From Phycisphaerae bacterium (lineage in GTDB: Bacteria; Planctomycetota; Phycisphaerae; UBA1845), in the NCBI GenBank assembly GCA_963667855.2, contig CAXXKI010000019.1, forward strand, positions 127,411 through 191,410: a stretch of DNA of 64,000 nt, read 5' to 3'. Made by a program: the position numbers and the translations under genes. Below the pieces are notes generated by a model that was not told where the DNA came from, did no database searches, and saw only the letters and a list, made by a program, of their open reading frames with translations. Positions 50,537-60,643 of the stretch are shown here, in pieces; the stretch's first letter is position 1; the number at the start of each line of letters is the position of its first letter.

Positions 50537-51325
50537 CTATTGTCCGCCGTGTCGTATTCTCTGGATAACCTCGGGTCCATTCACTTTGAAGTCGGCATAG
50601 CCGACCAGTTTGAGAAAAACACTGCTCAAGCGATGTTCACCTGACAGCTCCTGCAATTGAGCCAGGGTACCTTCGGCCAGCATTTTCCCTTCGTAAAGCA
50701 ATCCGATTTCGTCACACAGGGTTTCCGCCTCGTCCAGGTAGTGAGTTGAGAGAACCACGGTTTTCCCTTCATCCCTTTCCCGGCAGATAAAATCGAGAAT
50801 GAGACGGTTACTCAAAACGTCCAGCCCCAGGGTAGGTTCGTCCATAATCAGGATGGCCGGATCACCCACAAGCGCCCGGGCAATACTGGTTCGCTGGCGC
50901 TGTCCCGTAGAGAGTGCCCCACAGCGAAGATCGGCGAAAGATCGCATCTCCAGCCAGTCAAGCAGATACTCAACTCGTTCGGTGCGTTTGGGTTCGTCTA
51001 TACCGTGCAAGTCGGCGAAATACCCCAGCAGTTCCCTGGGCGATAAACGCTGGTACAAACCGGTGTTGGCCGTGAGAAAGCCTATATCGCGTTTAACCGC
51101 AGCTGGATTGGCGGCGACGTGCTTGCCATTCATTATCGCCCGACCGCCGGTTGGGGTCATTAAACCACTTAACATTCGCAGTGTGGTTGTTTTTCCCGCC
51201 CCGTTAGGCCCAAGAAGTCCGTAGATTTTTCCCGCGTCAATCTGGAAGCTCAGACCGTTGACCGCTTTCTTCGGTTCACCGCTGGGTGTCGGGAATGTCT
51301 TCTGCAGGTTGTCGGCTATGATCAT
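50537..51325 (-). CDS. natA: NatA-like ABC transporter ATP-binding protein
   Basis: GPNGAGKTT, LSTGQRQR, MDEPTLGLD, STH. Confidence 0.9.
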   Translation of the reverse strand: MIIADNLQKTFPTPSGEPKKAVNGLSFQIDAGKIYGLLGPNGAGKTTTLRMLSGLMTPTGGRAIMNGKHVAANPAAVKRDIGFLTANTGLYQRLSPRELLGYFADLHGIDEPKRTERVEYLLDWLEMRSFADLRCGALSTGQRQRTSIARALVGDPAILIMDEPTLGLDVLSNRLILDFICRERDEGKTVVLSTHYLDEAETLCDEIGLLYEGKMLAEGTLAQLQELSGEHRLSSVFLKLVGYADFKVNGPEVIQRIRHGGQ

Positions 51326-51816
51326 TCAATCTCTCACACGATCTCAAGCATAAACTACGGCCCGGCATTGGAACACTTATTAAGGCGAGTGTTTTCGGAC
51401 CTGAGTTTTCATCTTCGATTCGCCGCTGCGCCAAAAGCGAAACAGACTTTGCCGGTGTCAATCTCAATTGCACTGACCGGCTCCCGTTTCATCGACCAAT
51501 CAGTAAGGGCAGATTGGAACATAAGTCGCGCTGCTCCACAAGATCAGCACCGGTAAGCGGTATTATCGCCCCTGAAAACAGCTATTTATTCCGCACCTGC
51601 CGGTTCCTGTCTCATCTTTGCCGGAATAGTCTGCGTCACTGAGTCGTTTCGTCAATTCGCTGCCATTAGAAACCGATTTAATAATTGAACGCAGAAGGAA
51701 TCACTCTGCGCATAGAGGGCTGCGGTTGTCTGCTCGCGAGGTTGGAACATTTAATGGTATGAGATTGTCCGGATCATATCCGAGAACTGTCCGTTATCGT
51801 TAAGTAACGAGAGATA

Positions 51817-53781
51817 ATGAATTCAATGCTTACCAACACAAAACAAATCCTGAATTCAAACACACGTGAATTGGCGTTTACCCTAATTGAAGTACTGATA
51901 GTGGTAATAGTTCTAGCTGTACTGGCGGCGATTGTGGTTCCAAGGTTCTCCAACGCGGCGGATGGAGCTCTGGACGCGGCGGTTGCAGCGAATGTACGAA
52001 CGCTCAACACGCAGGCGGAAATCCTCTTCCGCACTCACCAGGCCCAGCATGCTCCCGAATCCGAATGGATCACTACTCCCGAAGCTCTCAAGCTGGCGGT
52101 AAACGGACAACTGCCCGACGACTGGACCGTAAGCGGAAACACCTTTATCGCCCCTAACGACCAGCAGTTTTCGTTTACTGCGGAGACCTCTTCTTCTGCT
52201 GCGAAACTTGAGGATGAAAACGGCGGAACCGGCGAAACCACAAACCCGGAAGCCACTCCCACTCCCACGCCAACTCCTTCCCCGGGGTTATCCACCGACG
52301 GTTATACAATGGAGCAGATTCAGGCTTTAACCGGCGAGGATTTGCTTAATGCCAATCTAACTCCGGAGCAGATGGCCTGGCTAACGCCGGAGCAACTGGC
52401 CCAGTTCGATAATTACGATCTGGCGTCACTCTCACAAGAGCAGATCCAGGCTCTCACCGCTGACCAGATAGCTTCGCTTTCTCACGACCAATTCGCGGCA
52501 GTAGCAGGTTCTTTATCTCCTGAGCAATTGGCCTCCGCCAGCCCGCAGCAGATTGCCGCATTGAGAGAAGATATTTACAGTTCCCTGTCAACGGAACAGG
52601 CGGCTGCCCTTACAGAGGCTCAACTGGCCGAACGGGCTATAGCGGACGACATACGAACCTGGAATTACTTTAAATTCCGAAACCTTAGTCCGGAACAGAT
52701 TCCCTACCTGACCGCGGAACAGATTGCGTCCATCCCCGACAGTTACGAGATGAGCACCATTCCGGCGAATTGCCGGGCGGCGTTTACTCAGGAGCAACTA
52801 CAGGCAATCAATACCAGTGACGTTTCGCTGAAATACCTCACCGAGGCACAGCGGGAATTATTGACTTCCGCTCAGTACGCCGCCATCGACAACTATTTCG
52901 ACTTGAGATATGTTTCTCCGACACGTATCGAGGACGTAAGCGCCGATCTTATTGCTTCTATTCCCAATAGCTATGAAATGAGTACTATCTCCGCCGATAC
53001 GCGAGCGGCGATGACCACCGAACAATTGCAGGCCATCAATACCAGCAAGGTTTCTCTAAAATACCTGACGGAAGATCAGCGAGAGCTTTTAACCGCTCAA
53101 CAGTATGCGGATATTACCAAGTATACAGACCTGCGTTACGTTTCGCCTGATCGTTTTCCCGATCTATCGACCGATGTCATCGCCTCGATACCCAGCAGTT
53201 ATGAGATGAGCACCATTCCGGCGGTGTCGCGAGCGGCGATGAGTACTGAGCAACTGCAGGCGATAAACACCGGCAATGTATCACTTGGCTATCTGACCGA
53301 AAGCCAGCGGGAATTACTATCCGCTGATCAATATGCCAATATCGATGACTTCTATGAAATCAGGTATATTTCTCCATCACGTATTGCTGACGTGAGTACC
53401 GATCTGATTGCTTCCATTCCCAGCGATTATGAAATGAGTAAAATGTCCGCCGCTACCAGAGCGGCTATGACCACCGAACTGGTGCAGGCCGTAAACACGA
53501 GCAAGGTTTCGGTGTCCTATCTGACCACCGACCAGCGCGATCAGCTCACGACTTCGCAGATTCAGAACATGAAAGCCAACGACATCTATCTTCTGTCGGC
53601 TTCGCGCATAACTGATGTCTCAACGACACAGATATCGAGTATTACCAGTTCGTACCAGTTTAATAAAATACCAACCTCAAGTCTGCAGGCCATGACCATG
53701 GACCAGGTGTTGGCCATCGACGATGATATATATGAAAGGTACAAGGATCGCTTTACGGCCGAGCAACAAGCGTGGCGATAA
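51817..53781 (+). CDS. type IV prepilin-like protein with C-terminal 76-aa tandem repeats (paralog 1)
   Basis: A|FTLIEVLIVVIVLAVLAAIVVPRF; PT linker; LTxEQ repeats; 228-nt period at 52723, 52951, 53179, 53407. Confidence 0.9.
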   Translation: MNSMLTNTKQILNSNTRELAFTLIEVLIVVIVLAVLAAIVVPRFSNAADGALDAAVAANVRTLNTQAEILFRTHQAQHAPESEWITTPEALKLAVNGQLPDDWTVSGNTFIAPNDQQFSFTAETSSSAAKLEDENGGTGETTNPEATPTPTPTPSPGLSTDGYTMEQIQALTGEDLLNANLTPEQMAWLTPEQLAQFDNYDLASLSQEQIQALTADQIASLSHDQFAAVAGSLSPEQLASASPQQIAALREDIYSSLSTEQAAALTEAQLAERAIADDIRTWNYFKFRNLSPEQIPYLTAEQIASIPDSYEMSTIPANCRAAFTQEQLQAINTSDVSLKYLTEAQRELLTSAQYAAIDNYFDLRYVSPTRIEDVSADLIASIPNSYEMSTISADTRAAMTTEQLQAINTSKVSLKYLTEDQRELLTAQQYADITKYTDLRYVSPDRFPDLSTDVIASIPSSYEMSTIPAVSRAAMSTEQLQAINTGNVSLGYLTESQRELLSADQYANIDDFYEIRYISPSRIADVSTDLIASIPSDYEMSKMSAATRAAMTTELVQAVNTSKVSVSYLTTDQRDQLTTSQIQNMKANDIYLLSASRITDVSTTQISSITSSYQFNKIPTSSLQAMTMDQVLAIDDDIYERYKDRFTAEQQAWR

Positions 53782-53831
53782 AAAAGGGGTCAGGCTTACT
53801 TATTGCCGATAAGTAAGCCTGACCCGCTTTT
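53782..53831 (+). terminator. palindrome/terminator after pilin paralog 1
   Basis: GGGTCAGGCTTACTTAT-TGCCG-ATAAGTAAGCCTGACCC then a T-rich tail. Confidence 0.7.
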
Positions 53832-53885
53832 CCCTTTTTATTCTATTACTTATCAGGCTCCGCAACACTCGGCGGAGACAAATGC

Positions 53886-55850
53886 ATGCGACGTAAAATA
53901 AACAATCATAACTTCTTAAAATCCACAAACGGTCCCCGATCAGCGTTTACACTTATAGAGATTTTGATAGTCGTCATTGTTCTCGGAGTACTTGCCGCCA
54001 TCGTGGTTCCGCGTTTCTCCGGAGCCGCTGATGGAGCAGTCGACGCGGCAGTCGAAGCAAACGTACATTCACTCAATACACAGGCCGAGATACTTTTCCG
54101 TACTCACCAGGCTAAACACGCACCGGAAAGCGAGTGGATCACAACTTTAGTAAAACTCAAGGCGACGGTAAACGAGCAGCTTCTCGCCGATTGGACCATC
54201 AGCGGTGAAACTTTTATCGCTCCCAACGATAAGCGATTTGCCTTTAACGCCGAAACCTCTTCGTCTGCGGCCAAGATCCTCGAAGAAACCGAGGAAACCA
54301 CTTCAACCGCAGGCGATGAATCTGATCCCCAGAACGGCGACGATTCCTCTTCGGGAACTTCCACAGAGGGATATACGCAGGAGCAGATCCAGGCCTTAAC
54401 CGGAGACGATCTGCTGAATGCCTCTCTGACTCCGGAACAGATGGCCTGGCTGACCACTGATCAACTGGCCGAATTCAGCGAATATGATCTGGCCTCGCTT
54501 ACGGCTGAGCAGATTGCCGCACTGACCGCGGATCAGATAAACAGCCTGTCGTACGGTCAATTTGAGGCAATAGTCGGGGCTCTTTCTCCTGACCAGTTAT
54601 CGGCTGCGAGACCGCAATTGGTCGCCGCTTGCAGTGACGATGTTTTCAATGCCCTTTCGGCGGACCAGGTTGCCGCTTTGACCGAAGCGCAATTGGCCGA
54701 ACGGGCAATAGCTGATGACGTTCGCCAACTCCGTTATTCCCAATTCGAGAGTCTTCCTCCCGAGCATATTCCCTACCTTACCCCGGAGCAGATTGCATCG
54801 ATTCCCAGCAACTGGTATATGGGTAAGCTTTCTGATGAGCAGCGTGCGGAGTTGACCAAAGCACAGGTACAGGCGTTAAACACGGCCGATATTTCCCTGG
54901 GGCACCTTACCGCTGCCCAGATGGAATACCTTACAGACGACCAATACGCCTCTATTGGGCAAATATCAAGTATTGCTTACGTCCCGCCGGACAAGGTGGC
55001 TCTGCTTTCAACCGACGTAATCGGCTCGATTTCCAGCGACTGGTATATGGGCCAGTATCCGGACGAGGTTAAAGCCGCGTTCACTGCAGAACAGGTTCAA
55101 GCGCTGAACACGGCCGTGATTTCAACCGGTCACCTGACCGAAGCACAGCGGGAATATCTTACCGATGAGCAGTACGCCGCGATCGGCGCCATATCCAGTA
55201 TCGCCTACGTACCACCTGAGAAAGTACCACTTCTTTCGACTGAGGTAATTGGTAAAATACGTAGTGATTGGTATATGGACCAGTACCCCGATGAAGTTAT
55301 CGCCGCTTTCACCGCTGAGCAGGTGCAGGCCCTGAATACGGCGGTGATTTCAACCGGGCACCTGACCGAAGCACAACGACAGTACCTTACCGACGATCAA
55401 TACGCCTCTATCGGAAGTATTTCCAGTATTGCCTACGTACCGCCGGAAAAGGTGTACCTGCTCTCCACCGACGTAATTAGCGATATTCCCAGTGACTGGT
55501 ATATGAGCCGGTATCCCGAGGAGGTTAGAGCCGCACTGACTACTGAACAGGTGCAGGCCCTGGATACCAGTTCCGTTTCCATTAAGTATCTGACCGAAAC
55601 CCAGCGTAGCGATTTAACCACCGGGCAAGTCCAGAATGTCCGCTCTTCTGATATCGCCAACCTGTCCGCTACTCAGATTCCTCTGGTTACCACCACTCAG
55701 ATATCGGGATTAACCAGCTCCTATTACTTCAACATGATTCCTGATTCCAGCCTGCACGCAATGACCCGGGAACAGGTTCTTGCCGTGAACGATTCTCTCT
55801 ACGAAAACCACAAGGATCGCTTCACGGCCGAACAGCAGTCGTGGCGATAA
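53886..55850 (+). CDS. type IV prepilin-like protein with C-terminal 76-aa tandem repeats (paralog 2)
   Basis: A|FTLIEILIVVIVLGVLAAIVVPRF; GGAG RBS; 228-nt period at 54792, 55020, 55248, 55476. Confidence 0.9.
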   Translation: MRRKINNHNFLKSTNGPRSAFTLIEILIVVIVLGVLAAIVVPRFSGAADGAVDAAVEANVHSLNTQAEILFRTHQAKHAPESEWITTLVKLKATVNEQLLADWTISGETFIAPNDKRFAFNAETSSSAAKILEETEETTSTAGDESDPQNGDDSSSGTSTEGYTQEQIQALTGDDLLNASLTPEQMAWLTTDQLAEFSEYDLASLTAEQIAALTADQINSLSYGQFEAIVGALSPDQLSAARPQLVAACSDDVFNALSADQVAALTEAQLAERAIADDVRQLRYSQFESLPPEHIPYLTPEQIASIPSNWYMGKLSDEQRAELTKAQVQALNTADISLGHLTAAQMEYLTDDQYASIGQISSIAYVPPDKVALLSTDVIGSISSDWYMGQYPDEVKAAFTAEQVQALNTAVISTGHLTEAQREYLTDEQYAAIGAISSIAYVPPEKVPLLSTEVIGKIRSDWYMDQYPDEVIAAFTAEQVQALNTAVISTGHLTEAQRQYLTDDQYASIGSISSIAYVPPEKVYLLSTDVISDIPSDWYMSRYPEEVRAALTTEQVQALDTSSVSIKYLTETQRSDLTTGQVQNVRSSDIANLSATQIPLVTTTQISGLTSSYYFNMIPDSSLHAMTREQVLAVNDSLYENHKDRFTAEQQSWR

Positions 55851-55863
55851 CCTTGAGAAAAGC

Positions 55864-55913
55864 AAAAGGGGGTCCAGGCTTGCTTTTTCATAAGCGAGCC
55901 TGGCTCTCTTTTT
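55864..55913 (+). terminator. palindrome/terminator after pilin paralog 2
   Basis: CCAGGCTTGCTT...AAGCGAGCCTGG with a T-tract; similar to the element at 53782. Confidence 0.65.
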
Positions 55914-55937
55914 ACCCTGGTTACAGTTGTTAAATGC

Positions 55938-58196
55938 TCACGCAGAAGCTGGTTTCAGGTGGGCCTGAATGGTTTCGATCAGATCCATTCTGTTTATCGG
56001 CTTGGTCGCAAAGTCGTCACATCCGGCGTCGAGACATTTCTGCCGGTCGTCTGACATAGCATGAGCGGTTAAGGCTATGATTGGACCGTTATAGTTCTTC
56101 TGACGCAACAGCGTAGTAGCGTGATAGCCATCCATAACCGGCATCTGCATATCCATAATTATGACATCAAACGGTTCACCCTGCTCCATGGCTTCCAGGG
56201 CAGCTTCAACTGCAAGTTTTCCATTAACTACCGAAATGATGGAAGCGCCGGCTTTTTCAAGTATCCGCTGAATGATAAGCCTGTTTGTACTGTTATCTTC
56301 AGCAAGCAGTAAACGTCCGGTGATAGTCGGTATTGCGGATTGGGTATCACCGGGAAGTTTGCTTCGGGTAATTGACGCCATAGCAAATTTATCGAGCATT
56401 TTAACATCATCCACCGGTCCGGTTTTGATTCTGAGGCGGAAAGCGCTCCCTTGCCCCGGAGTACTCTGAACGGTGAGATCGCCACCGAGGAGTTGAGCCA
56501 GCCTTCTGCTGATGGCCAACCCCAAACCGGTTCCGCCGAACCTGCGGGTAGTGGTAGCATCGGCCTGGTTGAAGGGTTCAAAAAGCTCGTCTATCTGTTT
56601 GCCCGTAAGACCAATTCCGGTATCGAGTACGTCGAACTGAATTACCGATTCGGCATCATCGTGAATGAAGCCGATTACCAAACGCACGCCCCCCTCCTCG
56701 GTGAACTTGATTGCGTTTCCCAAAAGATTGACCAGGATCTGTTTCAACCTTGTCGGATCGGTGTAGATGAATTCGGGAACCGCCCCGATAAACTCAACAT
56801 TAAACACCAGGTTTTTAGCATTGGCCCTCATTTGCATCAGCGATTTGACGTCGGCCACCAGATGTATCGGACAGCAGCGGATGTTTTCGACGTCCACCTT
56901 ACCCGCTTCGATCTTTGAGATATCCAGTATATCGTTGATAATCTGAAGCAGGTGTTCGCCGTTCCGACGCACGATAAGGATAGAATCCAGTCTTTCCGAA
57001 TCGGACAGGTCTGGATCAAGCATACTTTCGGTCAATCCGAGAATGGCCGTCATAGGTGTGCGAATTTCGTGGCTCATGTTGGCCAGAAATTCGCTTTTGG
57101 ACTGGTTGGCCGATTCGGCCTTTATTCTGGCGGAATGAAGCTCGTCCTGAACCTGGTTAATGGTCTCCAGCATCGAGTTAATATCATGCCCTAACTCACT
57201 CAGCTCATCAGATCCAACCGCCGAAATTCGGGAAAAAAATCCCCTGTTCATGGTTATGGCACTTAAATCCTCCTGCATTTGCGAAACGCGTTTTATCACA
57301 TAGTGATTCAGGAGAATCATGGTAAGTGCCACGATAACGACACTGACTATGATTAGACCAATTATATATTGTGACAGACTTGCCTCTCCGTGCGTGTAAA
57401 TATCCCTGTTGGATTCAACGCTGCACAGCAAGACCGGTTTACCGAAAATATCATTGACAACGAAACGAGCGGCGATTTTCGTTTCGCTCAACCTTTTCAC
57501 AAGCGGCGAATGAGCTTCAAGCAGCGCCGGCACATCTTTCCGCAGGGATTTTGGTAAACCGTCATTGTTCAAAGAGTGGAATTCGATATCCAACTGGGTA
57601 AGAGCAGAGAGTCGTTCAGCTTCAAGACCGTCCAGGTATCGCCCCATTATCAGAGTACCCCGTGGAGGTCCGCTCAGGTCGCTTTTTAATATTGGATTAG
57701 CTGTCAGTAAAAGAACCGCTTCCGGCAAACCAACAACGCCAGATACGGATGATTTTGGTTCCCCGTTTTTCAGCAGAGGGTAATTTTCGGCGATAAGGGC
57801 AAGCAGGGAATTGGGCGGTTGCCGAAGTTCGCTTTCCTGAAGATCCGCTCCCAGATACTGAACAACTTCTCCTTTTGAATTTAAAAAAACCATTAAGTTG
57901 ATATCCAGAATCAGGACCGTGTCCAGATTCAGGTTTTCGTCAATATACTCCTGGTTGCGTGTTTCCACGAAATCGTAAGTGGCGTCCCAGTTAGACCAGT
58001 CTTTGCAGCTGTTCTCCAGGCTCTGAAGTCTGTTTTCCAGTGCTACGGAAAGACGGGATGCGTTTTCCAAAACGATCGTTTCTTCCAGATTAAGATATCC
58101 GCTACGCATAGTGCTGGCTGCCAGCAGATACAATGCGAGTATCAATGAAAAGCCCACGGCAACGGTTACCAGAAGTGTTTTACGTCGTAATGTCAT
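55938..58196 (-). CDS. CHASE4-HAMP hybrid sensor histidine kinase/response regulator
   Basis: DWSNWDATYDF CHASE4, HAMP DELSELG, NMSHEIRTP, NAIKFT, GGTGLGL, receiver MDMQMP...KP. Confidence 0.93.
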   Translation of the reverse strand: MTLRRKTLLVTVAVGFSLILALYLLAASTMRSGYLNLEETIVLENASRLSVALENRLQSLENSCKDWSNWDATYDFVETRNQEYIDENLNLDTVLILDINLMVFLNSKGEVVQYLGADLQESELRQPPNSLLALIAENYPLLKNGEPKSSVSGVVGLPEAVLLLTANPILKSDLSGPPRGTLIMGRYLDGLEAERLSALTQLDIEFHSLNNDGLPKSLRKDVPALLEAHSPLVKRLSETKIAARFVVNDIFGKPVLLCSVESNRDIYTHGEASLSQYIIGLIIVSVVIVALTMILLNHYVIKRVSQMQEDLSAITMNRGFFSRISAVGSDELSELGHDINSMLETINQVQDELHSARIKAESANQSKSEFLANMSHEIRTPMTAILGLTESMLDPDLSDSERLDSILIVRRNGEHLLQIINDILDISKIEAGKVDVENIRCCPIHLVADVKSLMQMRANAKNLVFNVEFIGAVPEFIYTDPTRLKQILVNLLGNAIKFTEEGGVRLVIGFIHDDAESVIQFDVLDTGIGLTGKQIDELFEPFNQADATTTRRFGGTGLGLAISRRLAQLLGGDLTVQSTPGQGSAFRLRIKTGPVDDVKMLDKFAMASITRSKLPGDTQSAIPTITGRLLLAEDNSTNRLIIQRILEKAGASIISVVNGKLAVEAALEAMEQGEPFDVIIMDMQMPVMDGYHATTLLRQKNYNGPIIALTAHAMSDDRQKCLDAGCDDFATKPINRMDLIETIQAHLKPASA

Positions 58197-58501
58197 ACGT
58201 TCACCGCCGGCAATCGATGCTATTGCCATGCAAAACACCGATTACCGTTGCCGACCTGGAAAGGCAAAATGACCGCCATCACAGGTCATTGGAATAGACC
58301 GACCGGACTGCATTCCGGCATAGTTCGTATCAGCAGGATCGGCATCCTCGCTTAGCAGAATTACGAATCCGTAGAGAGGGGAATAGTTACAGCTTTGCGT
58401 GAGTAAGCATTCAACGGCAATAGATTATTTTCATATCACCAATCAGGCAGGAACCATAATCCCTGCCCGATGGTAAAATCCACCGGCTGGCATTAGTAAC
58501 G

Positions 58502-58774
58502 TTACTTGTTCCCGGCCGACTTCAGCCAGTTCTGGACATTTTGAGCGAGTAAAGCCGGGTCTCGCTTCTCCAAGAGATGCTGGGCCAATTGTGATTTGAT
58601 TTTCAGATTAGTCATCGCGGTTTCCGCCCGCTTCCACAGCTGATCCTGCTTTTTCTTACCTTCCGCCAGATATAATTCTGTCACCAGCTCCTGGAGCTTG
58701 GTGAGCATAATGGTCTCTTTGTTGTCGTAGTAGTTATTGATAACTTTCTTTTGATAGTTTGAATACTCGGCCAT
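58502..58774 (-). CDS. conserved hypothetical protein (planctomycete-type)
   Basis: YQKKVINNYYDN...LQELVTELYLAEGKK helical pattern. Confidence 0.75.
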   Translation of the reverse strand: MAEYSNYQKKVINNYYDNKETIMLTKLQELVTELYLAEGKKKQDQLWKRAETAMTNLKIKSQLAQHLLEKRDPALLAQNVQNWLKSAGNK

Positions 58775-58900
58775 CTGTTCTTCTCTATAATGTACCTGCC
58801 TGGCGCCGACGTTTTCGATACGAGCCAGCGAAGCAGAACAAGTTACCATTATAACAGACAAAGGGAAATGGCAGAGAAACGTGTTTCAGGAGTACCAATC

Positions 58901-59683
58901 ATGCCACGGTCAAAAGGGCAGATTTTTCGGAATACTATTTCCATAGTGCTATTGGTTCTGATGCCGGTAATGATGGTTACCGGTTGCGATTCAATGAATC
59001 TGCAGATACCTGATGAGAATGTTGTTTACATCGCGTTTGGAGATTCAACGACAGCCGGTCCCAGCGACAAGGATTACCACGAGTATTTGCGGGAGAAGCT
59101 CGGGGCAGAGGCCAACACTTTCGCCAACCGGGGGCATAGTGGGGAACGCACTCCAGATGGCATTGAGAGGCTGAAGCAACTTCTTGATCGCAATACCTAC
59201 CCCAATGCCCAGGTACTCCTGTTCTGGGAAGGCGGGGGCGATCTGGTGGATATTATTCACGATCTGGATCCGTTCCTGCTGTCTTCGCCTAATAGTTCGA
59301 ACTTCTGGGCAGCGGATGAACTCGATGAGAAGCTGGATGATATTCGGGATAACCTGATTGAGGCAATACAACTGGGCAGGGACGCGGGGTTGACGGTTTA
59401 CGTGGCCAATTATTTCGATATCCAGGATAGCACCATTCTCTGCGAGGCCATGCAGTTGGATATTTTACTGCCGGGCCAGGCTGCGTTAGCCAACGAGTAT
59501 GTAGCTTTACTGAATAACCAAATCCAACTGGCAGCACTTGCCGGGGGCGCGGAACTGGTTGATGTATCTTCAGTGGCCGAGGAGTTGGCCTCTGATTCCT
59601 CTAACTACGAAAACTGCACTCACCTAAGCGAGAAAGGCAACGAGATTGCCGCTGAGGTTTTTTACGAAGAAATGAGTAAATAG
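58901..59683 (+). CDS. SGNH/GDSL hydrolase, probable lipoprotein
   Basis: AFGDSTT block I, NRGHSG, GGGD, H(LSEKG); MVTGC lipobox; AGGAG RBS. Confidence 0.85.
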   Translation: MPRSKGQIFRNTISIVLLVLMPVMMVTGCDSMNLQIPDENVVYIAFGDSTTAGPSDKDYHEYLREKLGAEANTFANRGHSGERTPDGIERLKQLLDRNTYPNAQVLLFWEGGGDLVDIIHDLDPFLLSSPNSSNFWAADELDEKLDDIRDNLIEAIQLGRDAGLTVYVANYFDIQDSTILCEAMQLDILLPGQAALANEYVALLNNQIQLAALAGGAELVDVSSVAEELASDSSNYENCTHLSEKGNEIAAEVFYEEMSK

Positions 59684-59723
59684 GATCAGCGAAGCCTGCT
59701 CTACTCTTCAATATATCGTTTTT

Positions 59724-59758
59724 TCCATCCCACACTCCTCGTAAAAGACGTGAAGAAT
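59724..59758. repeat. REP-like hairpin repeat, family C
   Basis: Inverted homolog of 30537-30571. Confidence 0.7.
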
Positions 59759-59917
59759 AGAACAGCCGGAAATACATCAAAATCTCGATTATAAAATCCC
59801 AAACCCGTTTTCTACATATTTGTATGAAGAAAAACCAACGGCCGGACCGATGCTGGAATAACGGAGATTACGTTTGCCCAATGGCAAACCGCGATAGGGA
59901 ATCAGGAAGGGTATATC

Positions 59918-60643
59918 ATGAAAACTTTATTCGGATTTATTCTTATCAGCGTCTCGGTTTTGTGTACGGCCTGTAGCCGGAACCAACAGCGAAATTACGC
60001 ATACGATTCCGGCTATAATTATTTACGTGTTCGACAGCAAAGCCTGCCCGGGTCGGATCCCCGCGTAGTTGTTCTCGAACCATTACCGATTCCAGATTAC
60101 AAGCAGCCCTTCCCCGGTTTCGCCTCAGGCGCTGTACCAGTATACCTGACCGGTAACGGTATAAACCGTCCAACCTGTATAAATCCAACCGACCGACCAA
60201 TGGATTTGACAATCGAAGGGGAAGGTTTCTTCCCAGTCATGATAAAAAGAAACGGGCGGTTCACTACGGGTTACACCCGGCGAGGAAATTTCACAATTGA
60301 CGCTGAGGGAAGGTTGGCTCTAGGCAACAGTTCCGGCCCCTTGCTTGTACCATACATAACCATTCCGGAAGATACAATTGAAATCGTCATAACCTGCAAT
60401 GGATCGGTTACAGTAAAGGTTCCTGGCCATGATGGTTTTAACGAAGTTGGTAAAATCGAATTATCCAGTTTCGAATTTCCATCCGACATGGCCTACCTGG
60501 GCGATGAAATCTATGTAGCGACAGAACTATCCGGCGAAAAAGTAGAAGGCGAACCCGGTACCAGCGGGTTAGGCATGTTATCTCAAGGAATGGTGGAACT
60601 CGCCTGGCAACCTCGGTTTGTGTATTTATTGGGGATACAATAA
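59918..60643 (+). CDS. putative lipoprotein containing the FlgG/FlgE central (D1) domain
   Basis: LCTAC lipobox; TDRPMDLTIEGEGFF, YTRRGNF, G.L, SG...GEPG...QGMVE; lacks the D0 termini. Confidence 0.7.
   Translation: MKTLFGFILISVSVLCTACSRNQQRNYAYDSGYNYLRVRQQSLPGSDPRVVVLEPLPIPDYKQPFPGFASGAVPVYLTGNGINRPTCINPTDRPMDLTIEGEGFFPVMIKRNGRFTTGYTRRGNFTIDAEGRLALGNSSGPLLVPYITIPEDTIEIVITCNGSVTVKVPGHDGFNEVGKIELSSFEFPSDMAYLGDEIYVATELSGEKVEGEPGTSGLGMLSQGMVELAWQPRFVYLLGIQ

Noticed and set aside
51650-51682. Sigma-28-like promoters (xAA-N15/16-CCGA) upstream of the pilin, PilZ, DUF6901 and CHASE4 genes
   Set aside because: Matches are short and degenerate and cannot be distinguished from chance without a motif scan
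52723-55800. Diversity-generating retroelement template/variable repeats in the pilin genes
   Set aside because: Differences are not adenine-restricted, the repeats are in-frame coding units and there is no reverse transcriptase nearby
59872-59910. c-di-GMP-I riboswitch (GGCAAACC) upstream of the FlgG-like gene
   Set aside because: Lacks the GNRA-capped P2 and downstream GACGCAAA; it is just a short hairpin
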